Shown: one piece after another, positions 8,595 through 16,667 of the stretch
Position numbering within the stretch: position 1 is the first letter of the stretch
Layout: each line of letters opens with the position of its first letter
Origin: Alcanivorax sp.
Lineage (GTDB): Bacteria > Pseudomonadota > Gammaproteobacteria > Pseudomonadales > Alcanivoracaceae
Reading direction: 5' to 3'
Length of the DNA: 40,349 bases
NCBI GenBank assembly: GCA_007135015.1
Contig: SLJS01000146.1
Location: 1-40,349, forward strand
Position numbers and translations under genes: made by a program
Notes under the pieces: model-generated
Databases searched by the model: none
Seen by the model: only the letters and a program-made list of their open reading frames with translations
Told to the model about the DNA's origin: nothing

Positions 8595-9989
8595 ATGGCC
8601 ATCCCCATGCCCATCGCCGACCAGGTTCCCGCCCGCCACCGGCTTTCCGTACGCCGTGCGCTCTCGGAACTGGACTGGAGCAGCCGGGCACTGGTGGATT
8701 ATCCGGCCCGGGATCTCTGGGAGCACGATACCCGGCGGCTGCCGCGGCCGCTTGCCAGCTGGCGACGGCACCTGCGCCGCTTCGCGCATGAGCATCTCGC
8801 GCCCGGCATCGACCGCTTCGACCGTACCGAACATCCCGCCGCGGGACAGTGGCGCCCGGGCATGCGCGAACTGGTCCTGCGGGCGGCCGACGCCGGGCTC
8901 ATGACCGATTTCTTCCCGTCACCGCTGGGCTCCGCTCCCCTGGCCCGCGCGCGTTACCCGGTCTGGGCGCAGACCCTCAAGACCGAGGAACTCGCCTCGG
9001 TATGCGCGGGGCAGATGCTTGCGCTGTGCGCCCATCAACTGGGCCTGGCCCCCATGGCGTTGTCCGGAGACCTGCGCGCAATGCGCAACTTTGTCTATCC
9101 GGTGCTGCGGGATCTCCACCGGGGCGAGCCCCATCTTTGTGCCTATGCCATCACCGAGCCCGGCGCCGGCAGTGACGCCGAGGAAGGCCATGGCGCCAGC
9201 CTCTACCGCCCGGGCGTGGTGGCCCGGCGCCGCCATGGTCGGTGGCATCTCAATGGCCGCAAGGTGTTCATCTCCGGTGGCGACGTGGCCCGCACCATTG
9301 CCGTTTTCGCCGCACTGGAAGGCGAAGGCATGGATTCCTGGACCTGCTTCATCGTCCATCCCCACATGCCCGGCTTCCGCATGGCGCGGCTGGAACACAA
9401 GATGGGCATGCGTGCCTGCTCGGCAGCGGAGCTGGAATTCGACGACCTGGCCGTGCCCGACAGCCATGTGGTCGGCGGCCTGCGCCGGGGCTGGGCGCTC
9501 AACCGGGCCACACTGAATTTTTCCCGCGCACCGGTGGCCGGCATGGCCGTGGGGCTTGCCCGGGCGGCCACCGAAATCGCCATGGACTTCGCCTGCACCC
9601 GCCGGCTGGGCGCGCACCGGCTGGTGGACTTCCAGGAGGTGCAGCTCCAGCTGGCCCAGATGGTGGCGGAAACCACCGCCATCCGGAGCATGGTCTGGCA
9701 ACAGGCCGCGGACTTCACCCCCCGCCAGGCAGGCGCGTCCCTGTGCAAGTTCCATGCAACCGATACGGCCCAGCATGTCTGCGAGATGGCCATGGACCTG
9801 CTGGGCGGGGAAAGTCTGTTGCATCAGCAACGCATCGAGAAAGTCTTTCGCGACGTACGGCTCACCCGCATCTTCGAGGGCACCAACCAGATCAACCGCC
9901 TGGCGGTGATCGAGGACATGCAGGAAGAACTGGGCCGGCATGCATTCCAGGGGGAAAACCATAGTGGAGGTACGCACCATGCACGATGA
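8595..9989 (+). CDS. acyl-CoA dehydrogenase family protein
   Basis: Carries AITEPGAGSDAEEG, the W-x-LNG-x-K-x-FIS motif, GMRACSAAELEFDDLAVP and a C-terminal FRDVRLTRIFEGTNQINRL with the catalytic Glu context. The ATG directly follows the stop of the upstream gene. Confidence 0.85.
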   Translation: MAIPMPIADQVPARHRLSVRRALSELDWSSRALVDYPARDLWEHDTRRLPRPLASWRRHLRRFAHEHLAPGIDRFDRTEHPAAGQWRPGMRELVLRAADAGLMTDFFPSPLGSAPLARARYPVWAQTLKTEELASVCAGQMLALCAHQLGLAPMALSGDLRAMRNFVYPVLRDLHRGEPHLCAYAITEPGAGSDAEEGHGASLYRPGVVARRRHGRWHLNGRKVFISGGDVARTIAVFAALEGEGMDSWTCFIVHPHMPGFRMARLEHKMGMRACSAAELEFDDLAVPDSHVVGGLRRGWALNRATLNFSRAPVAGMAVGLARAATEIAMDFACTRRLGAHRLVDFQEVQLQLAQMVAETTAIRSMVWQQAADFTPRQAGASLCKFHATDTAQHVCEMAMDLLGGESLLHQQRIEKVFRDVRLTRIFEGTNQINRLAVIEDMQEELGRHAFQGENHSGGTHHAR

Positions 9990-10779
9990 TCCCTTTTTCC
10001 AGGTCCCCAGGACCCGCCGCAAGTGCAGCGAAGGCCAGGTACAGCTGCCCATCTTTTATCAGGACGCCTCCAACGTGATCGCGTTCTTCACCGCAGGGCG
10101 CGAGGCGGTGACGGAACTGCTCGAAGGCACGGGGCTGGAACCGGCGCTGTCGCTCAACGGCCAGGTGGTCATGGGGGTATCCATGTACGAGTACCGGGAT
10201 ACCGATGTGGGTCCCTACAACGAGGTGGGTGTGGCGGTGCCCGTATTCCGCGCCGGCCACGGCCGTCCCCTGACCGGTCTGCTCGATCTGTTCCGCGCCC
10301 AGGATCAGCGGGAGCTTGGGTTCCATATCCTGGACCTGCCGGTCACCACCGCGATCGCCAATGCGGCCGGCCGCGAACTCTGGGGCTTTCCCAAGTTCGT
10401 CACCGGAATCGATTTCGAATGGACGGGCCGTGACTTCCGCTGCCGGGTACTGGAGCCGAATTCACGGACGGCAATCCTGACCATGGAAGGCAGGGTCCTG
10501 CCGCTGCTTCCGCTGCCGGGGCTGGATCTGGTGCTGTATTCGCAACACAAGCGCAACATGCTGCGCACCCTGGTCACCGTGCGCAACGGCATGCAGTGGC
10601 TGCTGCCCACCGGCATGCAACTGCGGGTGGGCGAGTCCGAGCACCCCATGGCCGAGCGGCTTCGCATGCTGGGCGTGGACGGCAAGCGTCCGCTGGCGCT
10701 CTTCGGCTGCGACAAGTTCCAGTCGAGACTGAATGCCGGCGCCACGGTGCCGACCGGCGCGGAAGAAGAAGCAGTCTGA
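9979..10779 (+). CDS. acetoacetate decarboxylase (ADC)-family protein
   Basis: The pattern YRDTDVGPYNEVGVAVPV...LDLPVTTAIANAAGRELWGFPKF is typical of the ADC-like beta-cone family. ATG 9979 is preceded by GGAGG and overlaps the upstream stop by 11 nt. The track ORF starts at 9940. Confidence 0.7.
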   Translation: MHDDPFFQVPRTRRKCSEGQVQLPIFYQDASNVIAFFTAGREAVTELLEGTGLEPALSLNGQVVMGVSMYEYRDTDVGPYNEVGVAVPVFRAGHGRPLTGLLDLFRAQDQRELGFHILDLPVTTAIANAAGRELWGFPKFVTGIDFEWTGRDFRCRVLEPNSRTAILTMEGRVLPLLPLPGLDLVLYSQHKRNMLRTLVTVRNGMQWLLPTGMQLRVGESEHPMAERLRMLGVDGKRPLALFGCDKFQSRLNAGATVPTGAEEEAV

Positions 10780-10915
10780 GCGCCGCGGGTCTCCTGCCCT
10801 CCCACGCCGGCCCACACCGGGACGACCGTCGTGCGGGGGGCCGAGGCCCTCACACATTCTTGCCCCCGGGGGAGTACAATGAATCCCGAAAAGGTTCTGC
10901 TCCGGGGAGCGTCCC

Positions 10916-11434
10916 ATGCAACGCCGTCACCTTCTTCGTGGACTAGTGCTCGCCTCCGGCTCACTGCTTCTGACCGGGACGCCGATCCGGGCGCTTTCCG
11001 GCGACGGTGCCGTCGAGCCCGCCGGGCTCGAGCGGGAACAGTGGCGCGAAATCCTGGAACCGGAGCGCTTCCGGATTCTTTTCCGGGAAGGCACGGAACC
11101 GCCATTCAGCAGCCCCCTGGATGAGTTGTACGAACCCGGCACCTACATCTGTGCCGCCTGCTACCTGCCGCTTTTCGACTCGGAAACAAAATTCGACAGC
11201 GGCACGGGATGGCCAAGCTTCCACGCACCCATCCGGCACGCTCATGTAGGCACCCGGCGCGACTTCCGGCTGCTGATGCCCCGCACCGAATACCATTGCG
11301 CCCGCTGTGGCGGCCATCAGGGCCATGTCTTCAACGATGGTCCGGAACCCACCGGGCAGCGCTGGTGCAATAACGGCCTGGCCCTGCGCTTTGTACCCGA
11401 AGGCAACGACTTGCCCGAACTGCGAGGCTCCTGA
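10916..11434 (+). CDS. msrB: peptide-methionine (R)-S-oxide reductase MsrB with an N-terminal export (Tat-like) signal
   Basis: Two CxxC zinc motifs (CAAC, CARC), GTGWPSF, HQGHVFNDGP and the catalytic RWCNNG. The N-terminus MQRRHLLRGLVLASGSLLLTG looks like a twin-arginine signal. Confidence 0.93.
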   Translation: MQRRHLLRGLVLASGSLLLTGTPIRALSGDGAVEPAGLEREQWREILEPERFRILFREGTEPPFSSPLDELYEPGTYICAACYLPLFDSETKFDSGTGWPSFHAPIRHAHVGTRRDFRLLMPRTEYHCARCGGHQGHVFNDGPEPTGQRWCNNGLALRFVPEGNDLPELRGS

Positions 11435-12030
11435 TGAGAACGAGAAACTTGTGCGCCATGATCGTCGCGCTGCTACTTTGCACCAGTACCGGGTTTCACG
11501 CCCATGCGGGCGAAAGAGCCACGGCGGTCTTTGCCGGCGGCTGTTTCTGGTGCATGCAGCCGCCCTTTGATGAACTGGAAGGCGTCCTCTCCACCACCGT
11601 GGGCTATACCGGCGGAGATCTGGAAGCACCTTCCTACGAGCAGGTCACGGCAGGCGAAACCGGTCACCTGGAAGCGGTGAGGGTGACCTATGACCCGAAG
11701 CGGATCGGGTACCCGGAACTGCTGGAAGTGTTCTGGCGCAATGTGGACCCGCTGGACGACGGCGGACAGTTCTGTGACCGCGGTAACCACTACCGCTCCG
11801 CGATTTTTCACGGAAGCGAACGCGAACGTGAACTGGCCGAAGAGTCGAAGCGGGCCCTGGAGGAGTCGGGCCGCTTTGAACAGCAGGTGGTAACGGGCAT
11901 CCGTGAGCGCGGCGCCTTTTACGAAGCCGAGGACTATCACCAGAACTATTACCGGAAGAATCCGTTGCGCTATCGCTTCTATGTAACCCGCTGCGGCCGC
12001 AAGGAACGTCTCGAAGAGCTCTGGCCCTGA
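11434..12030 (+). CDS. msrA: peptide-methionine (S)-S-oxide reductase MsrA with a Sec-type signal peptide
   Basis: GGCFWC active site, GYTGG, GHLEAVRVTYDP and YHQNYY. Hydrophobic N-terminus MRTRNLCAMIVALLLCTSTGFHAHA. The start overlaps the msrB stop (TGATG). Confidence 0.93.
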   Translation: MRTRNLCAMIVALLLCTSTGFHAHAGERATAVFAGGCFWCMQPPFDELEGVLSTTVGYTGGDLEAPSYEQVTAGETGHLEAVRVTYDPKRIGYPELLEVFWRNVDPLDDGGQFCDRGNHYRSAIFHGSERERELAEESKRALEESGRFEQQVVTGIRERGAFYEAEDYHQNYYRKNPLRYRFYVTRCGRKERLEELWP

Positions 12031-12058
12031 CGGGGTCCGCCGCGATTGGCAAGGGATT

Positions 12059-13249
12059 TCACCGCGGGCGCTGACCGAGTGTCAACGGAACCTCGACCGG
12101 TTCACCGTCGCGCATCAGGGTCAGTGTGACCCGGTCGCTGGGGCGAGTGGGCTCCAGTGCGGCGAGCATTTCGGACACCGAGGTGACAGGCTCGCCGTTC
12201 ATGGCAACGATCACATCCCCTTCCACGGGCAGCACCCAGCGTCCATAACGAATCCGGCGGCCTTCGCCGCCGTCGCGCAGCCCGGCATGTTCCGCGTTAC
12301 CGCCGGGCAGCACCCTGGTGACAAGAATGCCCTGATGCTGATCCATGCCGGCGACCCGGGCCAGGCGCCGGTCCAGGGCAATGCCTTCGATATCCACCCA
12401 GCCACGACGGACCGTCCCGGTCTCGAGAATATCACCGACAATGCGCGCGACGACATCGGAAGGTACCGCCATGCCGATCCCCACACTGCCCGGCGATGGC
12501 GAAACCATCAGGGTATTCATGCCAATCAGCTCACCCCTGGAATTGAGCAACGGCCCGCCCGAGTTTCCGGGATTGATGGCCGCATCGGTCTGGATCAGAT
12601 TGCGCATCAGAAAACCGGACGGCATCTGCACCGGGCGGTTCAGTGCCGAGACCACCCCCGTGGTCAGCGAACCTTCCAGCCCGAAGGGATTGCCCAGGGC
12701 CACCGCCTTCTGACCCACCTGCAAAGTGCCGCTCTCGGCACGCGGAATCCGGTGCAGTTGACGTCCCTGCGGGTCAAACCGAAGCACCGCCACATCCATC
12801 TCGGGATCCGTTCCCACAAGCGTGGCCGGGTAGTGGCTGCCGTCAAAGAGTGTAACCACCAGCCGCTGTGCTCCCTCCACCACATGATGATTGGTCACCA
12901 CGATACCCCGGCCATCAATAATGAAGCCGCTGCCCGCTCCCCCGTCGGGAAAGGCACCACCAAAGCGCGTGGTGAAAACCCGCAGCGACGTCACACTGAC
13001 CACGGCCCGGCTTCGCTCGCGATACAGGTGAACCGTGTTGATCTCGTCCGGCCCCAGCCCTTCCGTGCGCAACGGGGGCATCTCCGGCTCCTCGGGAACC
13101 CCCTGGGTATAGGGGACTTCGAAACGATCCACGTACTGGGGCGCTTCACGAATATCCAGCAGCCCGGCACAGCCACCCAGGAACGGGACCATGGCCAGCA
13201 GTAACCGGGTACTCCGGCGCGCCATGAACTTCGGGATCAGTGTTTCCAT
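12059..13249 (-). CDS. S1C (HtrA/DegP-like) serine endoprotease with one PDZ domain; probable lipoprotein
   Basis: Trypsin-fold motifs GSGFIIDGRGIVVTNHHVV, D..DVAVL and GNSGGPLLNSRGELIGMNT, plus a C-terminal PDZ-like region. The N-terminus MARRSTRLLLAMVPFLGGCAG has a lipobox-like LGGC. Alternative start at 13225. Confidence 0.85.
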   Translation of the reverse strand: METLIPKFMARRSTRLLLAMVPFLGGCAGLLDIREAPQYVDRFEVPYTQGVPEEPEMPPLRTEGLGPDEINTVHLYRERSRAVVSVTSLRVFTTRFGGAFPDGGAGSGFIIDGRGIVVTNHHVVEGAQRLVVTLFDGSHYPATLVGTDPEMDVAVLRFDPQGRQLHRIPRAESGTLQVGQKAVALGNPFGLEGSLTTGVVSALNRPVQMPSGFLMRNLIQTDAAINPGNSGGPLLNSRGELIGMNTLMVSPSPGSVGIGMAVPSDVVARIVGDILETGTVRRGWVDIEGIALDRRLARVAGMDQHQGILVTRVLPGGNAEHAGLRDGGEGRRIRYGRWVLPVEGDVIVAMNGEPVTSVSEMLAALEPTRPSDRVTLTLMRDGEPVEVPLTLGQRPR

Positions 13250-13620
13250 TTGTACCGACCCGGACCGAGGAAGATCAGCGCCAGCGCGGTGAAAAGATAG
13301 AAGCCCTGCAGCTCCAGTTGCCAGCCGCCATGGGCGGTGAGGCTGAACACCTCATGCATATGCATCAGACCAATGGCGAACAGCATGTTCACCACCATCA
13401 GCGCGGCACCCAGGCGTGTGTAGAAGCCGACAATCACCATCAGCGGCGCCAGGACCTCGCCCACATAGACGCCATAGGCGAGCAATTCCGGAAAGGGCGT
13501 GGTCGCCAGCGTATCGCGGATATGCCCCACGCCATTGAGAATCTTGTGCACCCCGTGAAGCAGCATGAGCACGCCCAGGGTCAGACGCAGGATCAGTTTG
13601 CCGAGGTCGGGGTTGTGCAT
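13237..13620 (-). CDS. DoxX-family inner-membrane protein
   Basis: 127 aa with four predicted TM segments. LRLTLGVLMLLHGVHKI and the GGWQLELQGFYL pattern are typical of DoxX. GGGAG Shine-Dalgarno upstream. The stop overlaps the protease start. Confidence 0.8.
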   Translation of the reverse strand: MHNPDLGKLILRLTLGVLMLLHGVHKILNGVGHIRDTLATTPFPELLAYGVYVGEVLAPLMVIVGFYTRLGAALMVVNMLFAIGLMHMHEVFSLTAHGGWQLELQGFYLFTALALIFLGPGRYKWKH

Positions 13621-13690
13621 GAACAGTCTCCCAGCCGAAAGGGTTCAGCCTACCACAGGAGGCGTTCATTGCAGCAGGGCGCACCCGGGG

Positions 13691-13760
13691 GTGCAGTGGT
13701 GGGCGGCGAGTGGCGAGTGGCGAGTGGCGAGTGGCGAGTGGCGAGTGGCGAGTGGCAAGA
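13691..13760 (+). repeat. heptamer tandem array: GTGCAGT, GGTGGGC, GGCGAGT x7, GGCAAGA
   Basis: Read directly. Seven perfect GGCGAGT units at 13705-13753. Confidence 0.95.
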
Positions 13761-13825
13761 AAGTCATGAACTTTACCCCGGGCGTCTACAGTATGGCCCC
13801 TCTCCCATCAAGAGGGTGTCGTACC

Positions 13826-14057
13826 CCCCCTCTCCCCTCGTGGGAGAGGGTTGGGGAGAGGGGAAGGCTACGGCAGCCCCACTGCTTGATGCTTCCCCGT
13901 AATTCGATTCCCCTCTCCCTGTTCCTCTCCCACGGCGGGGAGAGGGAACCCTCCAGCAAGGGCGCGAAGCCCTGGATTCCGGGACGGTGCCAGATTCTTC
14001 GCGCTGCAAGCAGCGCTCCTACATGGGTTTCTACGACACCCTCTCCAAGGGAGAGGG
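13826..14057. repeat. cluster of three CCCTCTCC(C)/GGGAGAGG(G) palindromes plus one GCGCGAAG...CTTCGCGC REP-like hairpin
   Basis: Palindromes at 13828-13850, 13908-13948 (one bulge) and 14039-14057. The REP hairpin is at 13962-14004 and overlaps a second hairpin GCGCTGcaagCAGCGC at 14001-14016. Confidence 0.8.
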
Positions 14058-14099
14058 GAGCAAAGGGCAGCCCTTCGGGGCGCAGTGGCGGCGCGGTGG

Positions 14100-15215
14100 T
14101 TACGGAGCGGTGGTGATGGAAACGGGAACGCGGCGACGGCCCCAGCGGCCGGGTTCGGCACTGAAGTGGCCGGGGCAGGCGGTGCCGCAGTGACGGCAAC
14201 GGCCGTGCTCATCCAGAGCATAATGGCCAAGCCGGAACCAGTCGCGCTCGATAAGCAACGCGCCGCAGCCGTGACACCAGGTGCTGCCTCCCTCGCTGTC
14301 ATGCACGTTGCCGGTATAGGCGTGACGCACACCCTGGTCCAGGGCGATGCGCCGTGCCCGCGACAGGGTGGACGCTGGCGTCGGCGGCGCGTCGCGGAGC
14401 TTGAAGTCCGGATGAAAGGCGGTGAAGTGCATGGGCACGTCCCGGCCCAGATGCTCCACCACCCAGCGGCACATCTGCTCAAGTTCCTCGTCGGAATCGT
14501 TGTAGCCGGGAATCAGTAGCGTGGTCAGTTCCATCCACACATCGGTTTCATGGTGTACGTATTCCAGGGTCTCCAGCACCGGCGCCAGCTGTGAACCGGT
14601 CACCTTGCGGTAGAACTCCTCGGTGAACGCCTTGAGGTCGAAATTGACGGCATCCATGGCGGCAAAGAACTCCCGGCGTGGCGCGTCACAGATATAACCG
14701 GCGGTGACCGCCACCGAGTGGATGCCCCGCTCGCGGCACGCCGCCGCCACATCCAGCGCGTATTCGTGAAAGATCACCGGATCATTGTAGGTATAGGCCA
14801 CGGAACGGCAGCCCATTCTTGCAGCGGTTTCGGCAATGCCCTCGGGCCGTGCCTGATCCATGAGGGTGTCCATCTCCCGGGACTTGGAGATATCCCAGTT
14901 CTGGCAGAACTTGCAGGCAAGATTGCAGCCCGCGGTGCCGAACGAGAGCACGGAGGAGCCGGGGTAATAGTGATTCAGGGGCTTCTTCTCGATGGGATCC
15001 ACGCAGAAGCCGGAGCTGCGCCCCCAGGTGGTCAGCACCACCTGGTCGTCCACGCGGCCGCGCACGAAACAAAGCCCCCGTTGTCCCTCGCGCAGCTTGC
15101 AGGCGCGCGGGCAGATATCACACTGGATGCGCCCGTCGTCCAGCCGGTGCCAGTGCTCCGTCGGCACCACACCGGGGTCACTCAGGCTGATTTGTTCGTT
15201 CGTCGGTCCACTCAT
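14100..15215 (-). CDS. amrS: AmmeMemoRadiSam system radical SAM enzyme
   Basis: N-terminal CDICPRAC plus the GLCFVR motif. Radical SAM cluster motif GCNLACKFCQNWDIS. C-terminal CHGCG...CRHCG. Adjacent to Memo and AMMECR1 genes. I prefer the start at 15215 (MSGPTNEQ). The track ORF extends to 15302. Confidence 0.85.
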   Translation of the reverse strand: MSGPTNEQISLSDPGVVPTEHWHRLDDGRIQCDICPRACKLREGQRGLCFVRGRVDDQVVLTTWGRSSGFCVDPIEKKPLNHYYPGSSVLSFGTAGCNLACKFCQNWDISKSREMDTLMDQARPEGIAETAARMGCRSVAYTYNDPVIFHEYALDVAAACRERGIHSVAVTAGYICDAPRREFFAAMDAVNFDLKAFTEEFYRKVTGSQLAPVLETLEYVHHETDVWMELTTLLIPGYNDSDEELEQMCRWVVEHLGRDVPMHFTAFHPDFKLRDAPPTPASTLSRARRIALDQGVRHAYTGNVHDSEGGSTWCHGCGALLIERDWFRLGHYALDEHGRCRHCGTACPGHFSAEPGRWGRRRVPVSITTAP

Positions 15216-15312
15216 ATCTGTACCTGAGACCATGGTGAAACCTGAAGGTTTCGGCAACAACCGGCCTGCTGGCCCCTTGAAGCCAGCGCCGGGTGGTTCC
15301 ATATTACCCGGT

Positions 15313-16110
15313 ATGGAAGCGATACGACCCGAAGCCGTGGCCGGGCTCTTCTACCCGGGCGAACGCTCCGCGCTGCAACGCGAGGTATCCGGGTTACTGG
15401 AGTGGGCCCGCACGCAGGAGACACCAGGACAGACCCCGCCCAGGGCAGTGGTGGCCCCGCACGCAGGCTATCCCTTTTCCGGCGCCCTGGCTGCCCGGGC
15501 CTATGCCCATATTGCTCCCTTTGCCGAGCGCTACCAGCGCGTGTTGCTGCTCGGCCCGTCGCACCGGGTGCCACTGCGGGGGCTGGCGGCCAGTACCGCC
15601 GGGGCCTTCCGCACCCCGCTTGGAGACATTGCCCTGGACCGGAGGGAATGTGAGGCACTGGTGGCGCTGGCGAACGTGGAGCAGCGGGATGACGCCCATG
15701 CGCACGAACACAGCCTGGAAGTTCATCTGCCCTTTCTACAGACGCTGCTGGGCGACTTCCGGCTCATTCCGGTTGTGGTGGGCGATGCTTCGGCACGGCA
15801 GGTGGCCCCGGTGATCGAGCGCTACTGGGACGATCCGGCCACGCTCATCGTCATCAGCACCGACCTGAGTCATTTTCTCGACTACGACAGGGCCCGGGCG
15901 GTGGATCGGCGGACCTGCGATGCGGTCGAGGCGCTGGATTACAATGCCCTTGCCCATGAGCAGGCCTGCGGCCGCAACCCGCTGCGTGGGCTGCTGGCGG
16001 TGGCGAAGGACCGGGGCGCGGGAGCAACCACCCTGGGGCTGTACAACTCCGGCGACGTGACCGGCGACCGCAGCCGGGTGGTGGGCTACGGCGCCTGGCT
16101 GGTGCAATGA
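15313..16110 (+). CDS. amrB: AmmeMemoRadiSam system protein B (Memo-like)
   Basis: MEAIRPEAVAGLFYPG, APHAGYPFSG, GPSH, HSLEVHLPFLQ, VISTDLSH and ACG are the Memo family metal-site motifs. The track ORF begins further upstream (14992; alternative ATG 15232). Confidence 0.85.
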   Translation: MEAIRPEAVAGLFYPGERSALQREVSGLLEWARTQETPGQTPPRAVVAPHAGYPFSGALAARAYAHIAPFAERYQRVLLLGPSHRVPLRGLAASTAGAFRTPLGDIALDRRECEALVALANVEQRDDAHAHEHSLEVHLPFLQTLLGDFRLIPVVVGDASARQVAPVIERYWDDPATLIVISTDLSHFLDYDRARAVDRRTCDAVEALDYNALAHEQACGRNPLRGLLAVAKDRGAGATTLGLYNSGDVTGDRSRVVGYGAWLVQ

Positions 16111-16667
16111 CACCCGCGCAACAGAACCAGCTTCTTGACCTGGCGCGACAGACCATTGGCCGCGTACTGAAAGGCCGTGCGCCGCCACCGCCACTGGAAC
16201 GGGTCACGGACCCGGCCCTGCACGAACCGGGCGCGAGCTTCGTGACCCTCTATCTGGAAAACGCCCTGCGCGGCTGCGTCGGCTCCCTGGAAGCCCTTCA
16301 GCCCCTGGCCCGGGATGTGGCGGCCAACGCACTGGCTGCCGCGTTCCGGGATCCGCGTTTCGACCCCCTGGAACAGACAGACTTCGCGCGCACGCGCATC
16401 CATCTTTCGGTACTGGATGAGCCGGAACCGGTTGCCTTCAGGGATGAAGAGGAACTGCTCGGCAAGCTTCGCCCATTGCGCGACGGCCTCGTGCTCACCG
16501 CCGGCGAAAGACGGGCCACCTTCCTTCCGGCGGTCTGGGAGCAACTCCCCGACCCGCGGGAATTCCTCGAGCGTCTGCGTCACAAGGCGGGCCTGCCGGA
16601 AGATTTTCCGCTGACCCGGGCGCGCATTGAACGCTACGAGGTTCGGTCATTTTCCGAGGAAGGTTGA
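16107..16667 (+). CDS. amrA: AmmeMemoRadiSam system protein A (AMMECR1 domain)
   Basis: GASFVTLYLENALRGCVGSL and AAAFRDPRF, plus the RATFLPAVWEQL pattern of AMMECR1. The start overlaps the amrB stop (ATGA). Confidence 0.85.
   Translation: MTPAQQNQLLDLARQTIGRVLKGRAPPPPLERVTDPALHEPGASFVTLYLENALRGCVGSLEALQPLARDVAANALAAAFRDPRFDPLEQTDFARTRIHLSVLDEPEPVAFRDEEELLGKLRPLRDGLVLTAGERRATFLPAVWEQLPDPREFLERLRHKAGLPEDFPLTRARIERYEVRSFSEEG

Noticed and set aside
13565-14116. ORFs running through the repeat regions (13565-14116, 13773-14009, 13868-14482, 6024-6314, 6059-6295, 6073-6288, 5547-6317). Two of them share an MQRE...VPES start.
   Set aside because: The shared peptide is just the translation of the REP-like GCGAAG...CTTCGCGC element. 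The sequences are palindromes or tandem repeats with no RBS and no protein-like composition.
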